A DNA stretch of 62,551 bases, filler included, from Diploschistes diacapsis (lineage: Eukaryota): the NCBI GenBank assembly GCA_023645945.1. It is 21 parts of 21 records of this genome, joined end to end, with 100 filler letters (N's around TTAATTAATTAA, not from the genome) between each part and the next. Parts side by side here need not be neighbours in the genome. Positions count along the whole stretch, not along the records: positions 7,817 to 31,542 come from JALAIB010000256.1; positions 31,643 to 33,493 come from JALAIB010002560.1; positions 33,594 to 35,441 come from JALAIB010002561.1; positions 35,542 to 37,389 come from JALAIB010002562.1; 17 more parts are not named here. One strand, written 5' to 3'. Shown here in pieces: positions 24,201 to 35,799 of this stretch. The first letter of the stretch is position 1. Every line of letters begins with the position of its first letter. Under the pieces are notes generated by a model. It had not been told where the DNA came from and ran no database searches. It saw nothing but the letters and a program-made list of their open reading frames with translations. The translations under genes were made by a program, and so were the position numbers.

Positions 24201-27200
24201 AGAGTAAGAGAGGGAGAAAGCGTGGAAGAGGAACTGGCGTGCGCGGCAGGAAGCCCAAAGCCATTCTCGGCAGCTCTACGTTGCCGGACGATAGTCCGAA
24301 CAAAGTTACTGACACAGGTAGACCGAAACGCAGTGCCGCTCCAGAATTCAACAGCAAGGAAAAGAAGGAAGCCGATTCGATGGGCCGTGGAAGCACTTAC
24401 AGAGCACGCGGTGGAGGAGGAATCTCCATGCTCAACAAGCCGCTGGCAGCGCCGAATGAATCCACGCCGGAAAAGACGCCAGCCAGGAGAGGTCGGCAAC
24501 CAAACAAAGATAAGGGAGCAAAGCGGGGTGCCAAACCTACCGTACTGGCTCCAAACGTTTCGCCAATCAAGAAACCTGGTGTTGCTGAGCCGGCTCCTGT
24601 TCCCGAACCTCCCTTAAACGAAGGTTTCCAGCAGCGCGATCTCGAGACAGCCGAAGTGCTTGCGGGCTTCGGAGGCGCTGTTACCGGATCGCAACAGCAG
24701 CCACCGGTGCCCGTTCCACAGATCACCCAACCGGAGGACCGGCGAGTTGACTCGCAGTCGGAAGCTTCTCATGTGCCATCCGTTGCACCCGTGCAAGCTC
24801 TTGCCACTGCTGAATCGCTCGAAGGACGTCCTCCGCTTGCCCCAGTACAACAGACACTTGCTACCGCTTTGCCGATTCAGCCACAAATATCGCCACCTCA
24901 GTTACCGCCTGAAGTCGTCGTGGCGCAAAGCGTGCCTCAGACACCAGTGCAACAGCCTCAGCAGCAGTCAATGGCCGCAAGTCATACGCAGCCTGGCGTG
25001 GCAATGCAGGCTGCAGCACCTGCACCGGCCAAGCAGAATCAAAGCAGCCGTGCTGCGGGGCAGACTTCTTCTTATTGGAGCGTTCAGGAGCAACAAGATT
25101 TCGAGGCTCTTGTCAAGCACTACGGTCGCGACTGGGAAGCAGTCGGCCGGGAAATGCCTCTGAAGACAGAGACAATGGTAAGCCTGAATGACACTGGTCG
25201 TGGTCCTCGGTTCCCCACTGACGGTCGACAGGTCAAGAACCAGTTCATGCGCCAAGTGCAGAACGGTCGACCGGATCTTGAGGAGTGGGCCAACCAGGCC
25301 GACCGTCATGTTCAGATGCACGGTCAACCAGGAACATTGCTCGATCCTACGCGTTCGGTAAGTAGCACCGGGGCAACCCCCGGTCGACGTCGGGGGCAGA
25401 CGGTCAATGCTTCTCAACGGACGTTGGCGCCAAATCCAGAACAAGTGCAGGCAGAGCCTGTGCAGACCGAGGCCCAAAATGTTGCAATAGCTCCTCAGAT
25501 CTCTCCGCAAGACCGTGGCCATCCGCGACTCGCTATTGCACCGCCACGTCAGCCAATCGCACCCAATGCAACAGCCGCGGTGCAAGCGCTTGTAAGCGAA
25601 CAAGCTGCACCTGTTTCTGCACCTGTTTCGCGTATGCAGCCTCAACCCCAGCCACTTCGACCTGCAAATAGAGACATGGCTCAGACCCAGTCCCAACAAA
25701 TTCAGCTGGCGCCCGCTCAGTCGCAGCAACAGGTGCGAGGGCTTCAGCCGTCACGTTTCGCTTCTGACGTTGCGAACGATAACGCCCCACCTGTGCAGCC
25801 CAGCTCAAAACGGCCGCGCAGTCAAAGTGAACAAGAACTGCTAGATCGTGAGCAGCCTCCCAAAAGGCAAGGAGTGCCGTTTGATGTGTTCAACAACGCT
25901 TTGTCCATGCAACACGAGCAGAAACAACAACAACAGCAGCAGCAGCAGCAGCATCAGCATCAGCAAAGGCCGATCACTAGAGTTGAGCCCCAACCGCCGT
26001 ACGATTACAGAGTCCCGAGACAGCAACAGCAGCCCACGGCACAACAGCAAGCTGTAATTCAATCAAGTATACGCACAGTTTCCAATCCGGAAGATGCCGA
26101 GCGTCTTGGTCGGACTCGTCCCATACAGCCTTCGGTATCTCCTCGTGAATACAGAAATCACTCGAACATTCAACCAAACATACAGCCTCATCCGCCACCA
26201 GCAAATCAGCAGCCGCCATCCCAGACACCAATGCAGGCCGTTATGCAAGCTCGGGCCACGGGAGCCTCGCCCGCACAGCGGACACCGCCAGAAGTCACGC
26301 GTCCAAGCTCAGTTCCGGCCCCTGCTGTTCAACCCCCATTCCGTCCTGCCAGCCAGGCTCCAGCGCGGGTGTCCAACTTGATGTCGTTGTTGAACGACGA
26401 GCCGTCGGAGCCGCAAGCCCGGAAGCCTTCCACTGAACCGAAGCCGCTGCCTCCACCTCCGCCACGTCACAATTCGCCACTAACGCAGGTGCCGATGTAC
26501 CAGACTCCAAGTCAAGCATCACCATACCCTCTTCGTGACATTATGATCGACCCCGTCCGCGAAGCCCATCAGGGTATGAGTAGCCGTGCCTCCTACGCTC
26601 AGCAAGCGTACGGGTCTCCAGCAGAAAGACATCTGAGTTATAGAGATCCCAGCCAACAGCAAGCTTACAACGTCCAGCCTCCGCACCAGCAGCCGCCGGT
26701 ACAACCTCAACATCAACCCCCGCAGCTAAAAGAAACCATAAGCTGGTCCTCGAGCAGAGCGTACTACGCCGACACTATCCGTCCCGTCGAGCCTCCCCGT
26801 CTCTACCAGCCGCCCAACGCTGCCTCTCCACCTCCAGCACCTCACCAGTCAGCACCGAACCCATCCAGTTACCACCCCGCCTCCCGGTCCACCTATCCTA
26901 CCCCACACCAACCTCATCAACAACCACCCACCCAACAGCCGCCGCACAAGCCTCACCAAGACGGCGGTCCCCCTCACCCTCACGGCCCTCACGTCCATAG
27001 TCACTCGCATTCGCACTCTCACGCCCGCGCCTCGTCCTACTCCACCCTCCATCCCAACGCCCCAGGCAAACCGGCCACCGGCCCCGGCCAAGCGCTGGCA
27101 CCCAGCCCGTACTCCACCATCCGTCCGGGTAACTTGCAACAGCCCCTCCAATCCCACCAACCGCCACCAAGTCCGCAGCATCCGAATCCGAGCTATTACG

Positions 27201-27448
27201 CCTCTGCAGGTCCCGGACCAGGGCGAAGTGCGTTTTCAATGGGCCATGAAACTGCTATGAGGGGCGGGCACGAACAGCCTGGACGGGGTGGACCCGGGCC
27301 GGTGGGCAGAGACGTGGTTGGGAGGGATGAGGCATTCGCCGGGGTCCCGAGACGGTACACGCCTACGCAGACTCCGCCGAGCGGAGGGGGGAGGTACGGG
27401 GGTGGTGCAGCGGGGTATGCGCCGCCGGCAAATTATCCGACCGGGTAG
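21245..27448 (+). CDS. SNT1: Snt1/N-CoR-like protein with two SANT/Myb domains (probable 54-nt intron 25178-25231)
   Basis: SANT1 DDFKDEEQEHFKEAYVATPKKWGFIA...DCIRHYYLTK and SANT2 SSYWSVQEQQDFEALVKHYGRDWEAV...TMVKNQF. Arg/Asp-rich N-terminus, Pro/Gln-rich C-terminus with poly-Q near 25920. Confidence 0.85.
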   Translation: MFSRFTPTGDSRYTPRDRDRDRDRSPPRLERRGSNQHGSPIAPRNTDNSYRPDDAPASSANPRDGPRDPPRGPRITHDGGGRGGSYSSRGRGYAARESRDNQFPRRESDRDWQRRDAFDRRSPPPRNRSRTPPGKDYRDTRDPRDLPGRELDMSRITRNVRDGGPMSATSTHSDSPFSIGGFYRGSSFRGRGRGDWDGRGRGRGGLSDDRDPFRARSRSRDRITRDFRDERGRDHERDSSRRDDDKKSEWDRDGDRYRRDPPLRPDSRNSTGSQHASATPSHASAPYQQSKPAGLIAESSRRSSFALPQARPELSRNASTPQPPSSPLTSVQVPMFGAVNPSIVAPTSKPSTAQTSPKEASPTPGRSDSADPTKVAPKAPKAELNAQPPIGPKAALGFQRRAPFPLNSPGRAYDAHYDAVAGQSPSMSRFGGPVTPSSAPLSSAPRIRAFPPWASPEMGSRPIPSEAPTSVHSYQCPDTPSSLTFANTSSRIPTGPKASQPSIRAPMNPRGSKPSTMTWVNPKLQRPSILQPLAQHAARKDDGKTARPSTSGSNREMSKGISRAFAAASSPSLEDATRLKPGFSVTGKDKPEAQVPSEATSPRAASPEDEDENAAEDDEENMDLFDQEDFEEAERQFVKEMDALRSKMVPSPTKHPTLLVLLEELDALASAAEDLENGVLPPKIEEPPTSTRPVSMPTPPNEASSIKKSEEPMQFKLEREESVIDDLPLQGLPYLANGIPTPISDVDFLDERDCEEQLCQQIKHSLAVENETDEELRQEFARLYRNWREEVELYDRERAEIEEAEERRFATPLPEGPAEPATAPSAQGDTSINKRREMYADDQDLQKILDRTKTENDMKTMQQAQDSQERADPTREASIPDMLTASEERLYLFEDVNNRVNAASTLQVFRFIPPSDDFKDEEQEHFKEAYVATPKKWGFIAQAINRAMTDTHDQRGDGEKFRHRDFHDCIRHYYLTKKESLYKNMQSKRGRKRGRGTGVRGRKPKAILGSSTLPDDSPNKVTDTGRPKRSAAPEFNSKEKKEADSMGRGSTYRARGGGGISMLNKPLAAPNESTPEKTPARRGRQPNKDKGAKRGAKPTVLAPNVSPIKKPGVAEPAPVPEPPLNEGFQQRDLETAEVLAGFGGAVTGSQQQPPVPVPQITQPEDRRVDSQSEASHVPSVAPVQALATAESLEGRPPLAPVQQTLATALPIQPQISPPQLPPEVVVAQSVPQTPVQQPQQQSMAASHTQPGVAMQAAAPAPAKQNQSSRAAGQTSSYWSVQEQQDFEALVKHYGRDWEAVGREMPLKTETMVSLNDTGRGPRFPTDGRQVKNQFMRQVQNGRPDLEEWANQADRHVQMHGQPGTLLDPTRSVSSTGATPGRRRGQTVNASQRTLAPNPEQVQAEPVQTEAQNVAIAPQISPQDRGHPRLAIAPPRQPIAPNATAAVQALVSEQAAPVSAPVSRMQPQPQPLRPANRDMAQTQSQQIQLAPAQSQQQVRGLQPSRFASDVANDNAPPVQPSSKRPRSQSEQELLDREQPPKRQGVPFDVFNNALSMQHEQKQQQQQQQQQHQHQQRPITRVEPQPPYDYRVPRQQQQPTAQQQAVIQSSIRTVSNPEDAERLGRTRPIQPSVSPREYRNHSNIQPNIQPHPPPANQQPPSQTPMQAVMQARATGASPAQRTPPEVTRPSSVPAPAVQPPFRPASQAPARVSNLMSLLNDEPSEPQARKPSTEPKPLPPPPPRHNSPLTQVPMYQTPSQASPYPLRDIMIDPVREAHQGMSSRASYAQQAYGSPAERHLSYRDPSQQQAYNVQPPHQQPPVQPQHQPPQLKETISWSSSRAYYADTIRPVEPPRLYQPPNAASPPPAPHQSAPNPSSYHPASRSTYPTPHQPHQQPPTQQPPHKPHQDGGPPHPHGPHVHSHSHSHSHARASSYSTLHPNAPGKPATGPGQALAPSPYSTIRPGNLQQPLQSHQPPPSPQHPNPSYYASAGPGPGRSAFSMGHETAMRGGHEQPGRGGPGPVGRDVVGRDEAFAGVPRRYTPTQTPPSGGGRYGGGAAGYAPPANYPTG

Positions 27449-29286
27449 GGAGAGAGGGAATGGTGGGGAAAAGGGAGGTATATCATGGTTGTTCTTGGGT
27501 GGATGGTTCTTGTTCGCCGCTGGAAGTATCCTGGGTGGGTCCTTGGCATGAGGGAGGGAAGCGGGCTTTACTGTTCCCGGCCGCACACGTATCCGCTTGC
27601 ATGGGCGTTCTTGCGGCCTCGTTGCTTTGGAATTGTACATGTCCTTGGCATATGCGCTCGCGCATATACTTAGCCATATGTGTTGAGCCAATATTGACAG
27701 AGAAAGCAGAAGTGGGAAATAATTCTGGCGATGCGATGGCGATACAGCAATGGCATATCAATGAATGCATGTTGTTTCAAAAAGCAAGGAGCACGTGCAG
27801 TTGGTATGCACTAGGCTAATGTTCCAGATATGGGTCAATCGAATTACATATATGTACGCATAAATCGATGTCTATGCCTATTGACGCTGTCATTCCGCTA
27901 CTGCTACTCGGGCAGAGGCAGATGTACGGTGCGGTGGTGCACGCTCTGCACCTCTCCATCGCATGGTTGAGCGTAGAACTCCGTATAGTGTAACAGCAGT
28001 CTGCCCAGCATCCTGAAATCCCATTCAGGCACCGTTGAACTTGATCCGACTTGACGCTGAGACGGCCTCACGGCGGCAGCGATCTACGGAATGACTGGAT
28101 AGGGTGAATTATGTTATTATACCGTCCCTCGTCCGGGAGGGCCCAACGTCAGCATGACGATACCCAAGTACAAGCAGGATCGGGGTTTGGCGCCTTGGTA
28201 CACCACAAAAAAAATTGGTGACGGACGCCAGCATTTTTGCCCCAACAACAGGAGGGACAAAGACAAAAAGGCTTATACATATATATATGTCTATATCTGC
28301 AAGCTATATCCTGAAGATAAGGATTCCTACAAACTATTTTTTTTCGGAGCCCATAAAGTTGTGCGTAAAGGACGTGGCGGTTATGCCTCGCCGTCCGAGT
28401 TTTTTTTTTTGGGCCCCGCAACGTGTACAGAATAAGTTGCAACAACGTCAGATTGGTGACGGTGGGGCGGCAACTAACTACGGACAGGGGGAGTGGGCCA
28501 ACTGGCAAGCCAATCTAATCTGTTAATCTGGCAATTTATAACTATTTCGTATAGAGGTTTGTTTGGTTTATGCATTGGGTGGTGGGGCCCCGCTGGCCGA
28601 GATTGAAAGGGAGGGTTTGGCTTGCTTTGGCATGTTTTGGCTAGTTCTAGTGGGCTCGATTGGTCTAGGTAATACAAGGTACACACTTTTTAACGTGAAG
28701 TTCTAGTGAAGTTCTACAGCCCCGCTATCTATCGGCCCACGAACCAACAGTGGGCGACTATCAGGGAGCCAAATGCCCCTGAAACAAGCGCCACAGTCAA
28801 ACGAACCAATCATATTCGGGCAAGGCACTTGGTGCCTGCATTAGCTTCGTTTAGCGTCATCCTGCCCTGAACCCGCCACAAACCCACAAACCTTGAATTT
28901 CGATTTCGACCTGAAGACTGAAGTCCCGGCGAGAGAGTGAGAGACAGAGACAAAGAGTCAGAGAGTGGCCGATCAGCTTAGCCAACACCAGCCTAAGCTA
29001 TCGACACGATCAAAGATGGGTCTGAGGAGGCCCACACACCACAAAAAGGTGAACACGCCCAAATAATTCACCTCTCCTTCTTCTCTCACTCACATTTGAT
29101 CTTTGCTTTCCTGTTGTTGTGATATTTAATTTTCGACCCTTGGTCACTGACTGTCATTCTTTCACCCACCCACCACTTTCTTAATCACAGACAGAGCTTC
29201 GATCTAGAAGCAGCCACTCACTTGTCAGCGACATATCCCGTTCTTCAATTCAGACACTATCTTCTTCAATCTTCCAACCAGCAAAA

Positions 29287-30272
29287 ATGCGTTCTTTCGC
29301 TGTTGCTATGGCCCTCGCGGGCGCTGCCAGAGCGGCAATCGTCTCCTCTGCCCCTGGTACCGAGACCGTCGTCAGTACCGCCATCGACACCATCATCAGG
29401 TGAGAAAACTGCAGAGCGAGAAATACTTGGCATTGACTAACATATCAATCAGCTGCGGCCCCGAGGTTACCAGCTGCCCTGGCCGCTCCACCGTGGCCAC
29501 CACGACCACCTACCCAATGACCTTCCCTCAGACTACTACCCCTCCGGCTCAGCCAACTACTCCCACTGCCGGAACCACACCCGTCGAGAGCAGCACGGTT
29601 GTCCCCGTTGTCTCCTCCACCACTGTTCTCATTCCTGGCACTTCATCCGCGGCCGCCCAACACAGCACTGGCACTGGCACCATCGTCCCAGTTCCATCTT
29701 CCTCTGCTCCAGTGGTCGTTCCGCCTCCCAGCAGCGCCCTACCAACCTTCACCCACACCGGCCCCTTCCCTTCGCCAAGCAGCTCTGCCGCTCCCTTGCC
29801 CTCTGGCACTGCTCCTCAGCAGAGCACCGGCATCGTGCCCACCGTTCCGCACACAAGCTCGGCTCAGCCCATCGCTACGTCGCCGGCCCCATCCGTTGGC
29901 ACCTCACCAGCTCAGTCTCAGTCTGTCACCGTCATCGCCATCACCAGCTGCGTGCCAACGACCATCTACTCGACCGTCACCGCCCCGGCTGTTTCTGTTG
30001 CCCCGAGCTCACCCGCCGGTGGCGCTCCAGGTGGAGGCTCTGGCTCATCCAGCGCTCTGCCCATCGCTAGCACCCTGAGCTCAAGCGTCGGCGTCACCTC
30101 TTCTGCTCTGCCCATTGCTTCGAGCCCGGCGCCGTCCGGCGTTGCGTCTGGCACTGGCGTCTCTCCTCAGCCAACCACCAGCCCAATCACCCCCTTCCAG
30201 GGCGCTGCCAGTTCCGTCCACGTCAGCATCATCGCTGTCGGTGCGGCCGCTGTCGCTGCTTTTTTCCTGTAA
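29287..30272 (+). CDS. GPI-anchored Ser/Thr/Pro-rich cell-wall protein, 310 aa (intron 29400-29452)
   Basis: Signal peptide MRSFAVAMALAGAARA, Cys motif TIISCGPEVTSCP, C-terminal FQGAA followed by a hydrophobic tail. Confidence 0.88.
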
Positions 30273-31642
30273 CGGATCAACATAGCATAGATTAACCAAC
30301 CACTCCAGGCTTTCTATCCGCTGAGCGGAAGGAGCGAGTTGGAATAGTACGTACGGATGAAAAATGGGTTGAGATGACCCTCGATACTGTGCAATCGTGA
30401 ATGGCTTTGTTTTTTCGTTTTGATCCTATAGGGAGGATGTGATGGGGTGGCTTGAAGAACAGAGCTCGAGTAGCGGCATGGGATATGTAAAGGTTAACCC
30501 GTTTTACTCGTGCAAGGGTCGTTGCATCTTCGTGTGCATAGGTTCGTGGCATTGGGGAGGGAAGAAACCACAGCACCAGCAGCTAAACGGCTAGGCATCC
30601 TGAAGACAATGAACCCATGATTGAAACTTCACTTCCTATTCTGCGACTGGATCGTGCTGCAAGCGTAATATCGTAGTACGCCTACGACGCTGTACCCCTC
30701 TTCGTCCAGGTACTCAACTGTACTGTGGGACTGTAGGAAGAATGGGATACTGGGAGAAAATTTGATCTCTTTCGGTTTCCTGATGTGCCCCATCGGCTTA
30801 CCTCGTAAGTACCAACGTTGTCCAAAGCCTCCAACAGGTCACCCCAAACAGACCATAGCGCTTGCTCTGTTCCTTGGGACACAAACGAAAGTGCCTAGAG
30901 TAAAAGCGCCATGGTTTCGCTTTAGGAGGAACTACACAGGATCTTACCAATTGGCAGTGCATCTGGATTCAAGCTAAACATCGGAGGCACGGCAGATCCC
31001 GGGCCGGACGCATACATGAAGCGAAAGTGCCACCATCTCCGCTAGCTACAAGTATCGGAGCTCTGATTCTTAAAAGCCCGCAAAGATGGCCTCCTCCGCA
31101 GAAGAAGTCTCTACTGAGGTACACACCCACCGCCTGCCTGCGACCACCTCGGCGCAGTAGTAGCATCAGGGTCCGCATCTCAGGCTCCAACCGTCCGAAC
31201 GACATTCGGGCTGCATCGCCCTTTCAAGGACCGACAAGCTGTTCGGAAACCCGTGGTCGTACTCGAGCCCCCGTCAACCGCATCGTGGAGTCGAGGCGGT
31301 TGGTGACGCGAGTGCTGCAGGCGCTTTTCGATAAAGGCTGGCTGGTGAAAGCCGCGGTGGGCGTGAGCCAGAAGCAGCGCGATAAAGGCAAGATGTCTCC
31401 CCCACCTTCCTCTCTCTCTCTGAAATTCTCCTCCCATGAAACACACAGAGAACACCATCTCAGTACCCTAGCCCCTCAGTTTCCCATCCACCTACTGAGA
31501 AACAACCCCTCCACTCCCTTACCCACACCCTAATCTCCGCCCNNNNNNNNNNNNNNNNNNNNNNNNNNNNNNNNNNNNNNNNNNNNTTAATTAATTAANN
31601 NNNNNNNNNNNNNNNNNNNNNNNNNNNNNNNNNNNNNNNNNN

Positions 31643-32100
31643 TAAAGGACGCGAGAATTAATAATAGATTAAAATATATTAATATTATCTATCATTATAT
31701 ACGGGATTTAGTTAAACGAGGCCGTATTAATATTAGTTATATATTTATAGATAAAATAATTACCGACAGATTAACGAAATTATTAAATTATATTAAACAC
31801 GACATGTTTATTAAAGGATTTGGATTAATATAAAAGATATTTAACTGAACTAAATGAACATGCCGATGGTTCCGCCCGTGAGGGAGTATTAAGCAGGTAG
31901 ATAGAATATATGGCTGGGAAGTTCAGCTAAACCTTAGGTTCAGGTTCAGTTCAGCTGAACCTACTAGGGTTCCTGTTAATCCTAATCGGGAGTAGTGCAA
32001 GTCTATAGGGCTTAGTGGATCCTATTGGTATAAGAGCTTGCATGTAGACTCTTCCTTCTAGTTAGATCTCTAGATATCTAGACTTCAATACATGCGTTGC
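31643..32100 (+). mobile_element. Ty1/copia 3' end: RNase H remnant, PPT and 3' LTR (family C, from 31887)
   Basis: RIP form of SKHID..YH..RD...ADGLTKPL, then GTGAGGGAG, then TATTAAGCAGG (RIP form of TGTTGAGCAGG). Confidence 0.85.
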
Positions 32101-32765
32101 CCAAAAGTATCGAAACTTCTGTAGGGTATATCAGGACGATATAATGATTTATAGTAAGACCTTGCGGGAACATGTTGATCACCTAACGAAGGTGTTTACA
32201 GCGCTGGATCAGGTCAACATAATGCTGGCGCCAAAGAAGTCTTTCGTGGGATATCCGAGCGTGAAATTGCTGGGACAAAAGCCTCGAATTCCCTCGAACC
32301 TTACAAGCCCTTGAGCAATACATCGGGCTTATTAATTATCTACGGCATTATATCCCTATGTTTTCGATAATCGTGGCACCCCTCGAAGAACGCAAGACCT
32401 TCTTAATTAAGGAATTAAGAAATAAGAACTTAATTAAAGGGATAAAGAAAAAGATTAAAGCTACAAAAGAAGTATTAAGATGCCTTATACCGAAGAAATT
32501 GGTTAGTTTTTACCAGTTATAGATCTTGTTTGGAAGAATCACGATGTTAATTTACTTCGATAAAATTAAACGGTTTTATATCGATATCGACATTATTAAA
32601 ATAAGTATAGAGGTTACGGTATATCACGTAAAATCAAAAAAGAAGCTGAATTATAATCCAAAACAGTATCCGGGTTAAAAGAAGATCTTACCGATCCTGT
32701 TCCTTAGCCGCCGATTAACATAAACAGAAAAACGTTATTAATCGACCGAACTCGAAGTAATTGAA
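32101..32765 (+). mobile_element. Ty3/gypsy RT-RNase H fragment
   Basis: FCRVYQDDIMIYSKTLREHVDHL (YxDD at 32129-32140), GYPSVKLLG, ILFLSRRLT..EKRY..TELEV. Frameshifts and stops. Confidence 0.92.
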
Positions 32766-33493
32766 TGTTACAATCCAAGTAACTAGGTGGTAATCTACTT
32801 GGCACTTCACAGCTGATCGGGCCTAACCCAACCATTCCTTGTATATAGTTCAATCATGGTGACGCTGGTTACGTGATGAGTAGAAAGCCTTGGAAGCTAT
32901 TTTACTTTCTGTGGGTAGAACGAAAGAACGGTAATTCTACCCATCTACTGATCTACTTTATTAGGGAACAGTTGACTATATAAAAACGTCGTTATAACTC
33001 CTATAAATCGAGGCGTGTTCACTTTCATAGACATCCTTAACGATTACTCGGGATCAATCTATATTCGTTACCTCGTGTCTACATTATAGAGATAAAGATC
33101 ATAACACTTAAACACCCTCAAGAATGAATGTCACAGGCAGCACAACTGGGCGATCGCCACCGATGGCTAGATCCGCACGAGCACCAAAGGCAGCAACGCC
33201 ACCAAATAAAACCGACGTCCCGATAACGGACACTACGGAAACCAAAAAAACGACCCCGAAAATGACGATAAATCCGACAATAACAAACCGTATAAAAAAC
33301 CCACTATAAAAATTATAAAACCAATAACGTTCCACGGAAATAAAAAGAAACTAAAATACTAGATACTCCAATTCTTAATATACTTCTACTAAAACCAGCA
33401 CATCATAAACGATTAAAAGAAACGAATAATCTTTACCGTAAGATTCATACGCGACCGCGTATTAATATAAATAAAACTCTATCTCGACATATA
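32766..33493 (+). mobile_element. Gypsy family B 5' LTR (32766-33106, internally deleted) followed by gag start
   Basis: TGTTACAATCC...GATCATAACA, then a KPITFHGNKKKL-type gag motif. The same leader follows the LTR at 58170. Confidence 0.75.
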
Positions 33494-33593
33494 NNNNNNN
33501 NNNNNNNNNNNNNNNNNNNNNNNNNNNNNNNNNNNNNTTAATTAATTAANNNNNNNNNNNNNNNNNNNNNNNNNNNNNNNNNNNNNNNNNNNN

Positions 33594-34880
33594 TTATAAA
33601 CTCGAGGATAACACGATTATTTAGGAAATGTAGACATATCTATTAAAGCTTTTAAAACAAATATCGTATAAACGATCGAATCACGTTTTAAAAGTTCTCT
33701 TTTAATAATTATTTATAATATTACCGCTTAATTACGCAGTTATTATCGACGCTATTAATACTTAAATCGATAATATTTTATCCGTTAATATCGATTACGA
33801 TATATAGTTTAATAAATTAACCGATAAGCAAAAAAAATTGATAGAAAAGGTCGTGGCATATTTATTTCGTTAAAAGGAATGTTTTCGGCGATCCGACGAG
33901 AAGCGACGCCGCCGTTTCAACTTAAAAAGCTTATTTAAAAGATATTTATTTTATAATAAAAATAATTATCGCGCGATGCGTTATAAACTCGCGAAAGAAT
34001 TTAAAAAGATGATCATCGCAACAAATAATAAGAACCGAGAAAAGAAATCCCGAAATACCCGCAGTAAGTAAAAGAACAAGAACAAACGCGCCTATGACGC
34101 AGAGAGTTCAGATAATAAAAGTTTAGGAACCGATACTAAACCTGAACCTGAACCTGAGCCCCAATCGTAACTAATTAACTTATTTATCTAAATATTAAAT
34201 TCCTATTCAAAGACGACGAATCAAAGTCGAAGAAAAAATATTTTATTCAAATACTAAACTTTATCATTTAAAATCTTCGGTAGATCATAGCATCCTAAGG
34301 GCTTTTACTTCCTTTAATCGTCCCGAACTAAATAATAGTAACCGACGGTTAATAAAATTAAAAGAGTGTTTTCAGGTTTCAATACTCTGCGTTTGGGATA
34401 TGTTATGTTTTCTTTTATATTATCGGAGCAAAAAGTTATGCAAGGCGAGATTACGAAATGGTCGCTAACTAAGGATTACGACGCTTAAGATAACGCTATT
34501 ATATTACTCGAAAATATAATATCTTTACCAAAGACAATCGATCCTAGTCGAAAAGATATTTAAATAAATTAATATGCTGGATAATTCCGTCTATAGGAAA
34601 ATGTTGAATAAATAGACGGAAGGTATAGCTGTAAAGTCGGCTTATTCTAAGAGGTTCACTAAAAAAACCCGGGAAGTTCAGTTCAGATGAACTTACCGAG
34701 GTTCAGTTCAGTTCAGTTTAGTTAAACCTTATAGAATCCAATAGAATCCTGACTAGACCGATTAAATGTAATGTAGGTAATAGGACTTAGCGAGTCCCGT
34801 GGGGTATAAAAGTCTGTACAGTAAGATACTTCCTAGGATAAGACCTCTAGACTTCAATATATCCATTACGGTACCAAACA
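33594..34880 (+). mobile_element. Degenerate copia internal region and family C LTR (34602-34880)
   Basis: PPT-like CCGTCTATAGGAAAA, then TGTTGAA...CCAAACA matching other C copies. The upstream part is heavily RIP-mutated. Confidence 0.65.
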
Positions 34881-35085
34881 TTATCGTATAATTATTATTT
34901 GTTTTAATTATTCGATGTCGTAGTGTTTTCGCCGTTAAAAAGCGCGTTAGCGTAAAAGACGGATTATATTATTCGATTAAATAAATTACGTATAATACGC
35001 TCGAAATAAATCGAATTATTTTTAATAATTTGAAATCGAGCTGTTACGAGTCGAAACGTTTAAATAAGTTTTATAAATATTAAAT

Positions 35086-35441
35086 TAGGCTGGCCGTTTC
35101 GTGCCACGGTCATTAACACGGACACTGTAGCAAAATTTTTTAAAACACGGACATTAACACGGACACTAACACGGATATTACATTTCCGTGAATCCACGAA
35201 CACGGACACCGCAATTAAAAAATTTAAAATACGGACATTAACTCGGACACCGTAACTAAAAAATTTAAAACACGGATATTAACACGGATACTATATTTCC
35301 GTGAATTTATTAACACGGATATTGCACTGTAGTAAAAGCACGAAAACACTTTTTTTTCAATATTTTTAAAATTATCACGTTTATTTCTTACGCTTTTATT
35401 TTTTAAAATTTTTTTTTAAACACGGACACGGACACGGACAC
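35086..35441. mobile_element. Family D element (truncated by contig end)
   Basis: TAGGCTGGCCGTTTCGTGCCACGG terminus and ACACGG array. Confidence 0.85.
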
Positions 35442-35541
35442 NNNNNNNNNNNNNNNNNNNNNNNNNNNNNNNNNNNNNNNNNNNNTTAATTAATTAANNN
35501 NNNNNNNNNNNNNNNNNNNNNNNNNNNNNNNNNNNNNNNNN

Positions 35542-35790
35542 AGATTATACGTTTTATATAAATTAAGTTTCCTGCATCGTCTGCGTTAATAATAAATATA
35601 GCCGAAAAAATTCGACGCGAAAGAATTTAATTTAATCGAATTTAGAAATCACGATCGCGAATTTTTAACCTATTAAAAAAAGTAAGAATCGCGATTTTAC
35701 AAACGATTTCTTAAAATTATTAATATTTAGACGAGATAAATCAAGTCGAATAAATTTAATACGATAAATTACGACATTATATAACGATAA
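35542..35790 (+). mobile_element. pogo/Fot1 transposase fragment
   Basis: Reverse complement of ~53320-53560, which lies in a TIR-bounded Fot1-like 5' end. Confidence 0.7.
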
Positions 35791-35799
35791 TTCCACGAC

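Noticed and set aside
30969..31533. ORFs at the end of the large contig
   Set aside because: No consistent frame, domain or splice model; possibly the end of a truncated gene.
33107..33125. Self-priming PBS for family B
   Set aside because: Only a short, RIP-blurred complementarity (AAACAC vs GTGTTC), and the copy at 58170 differs.
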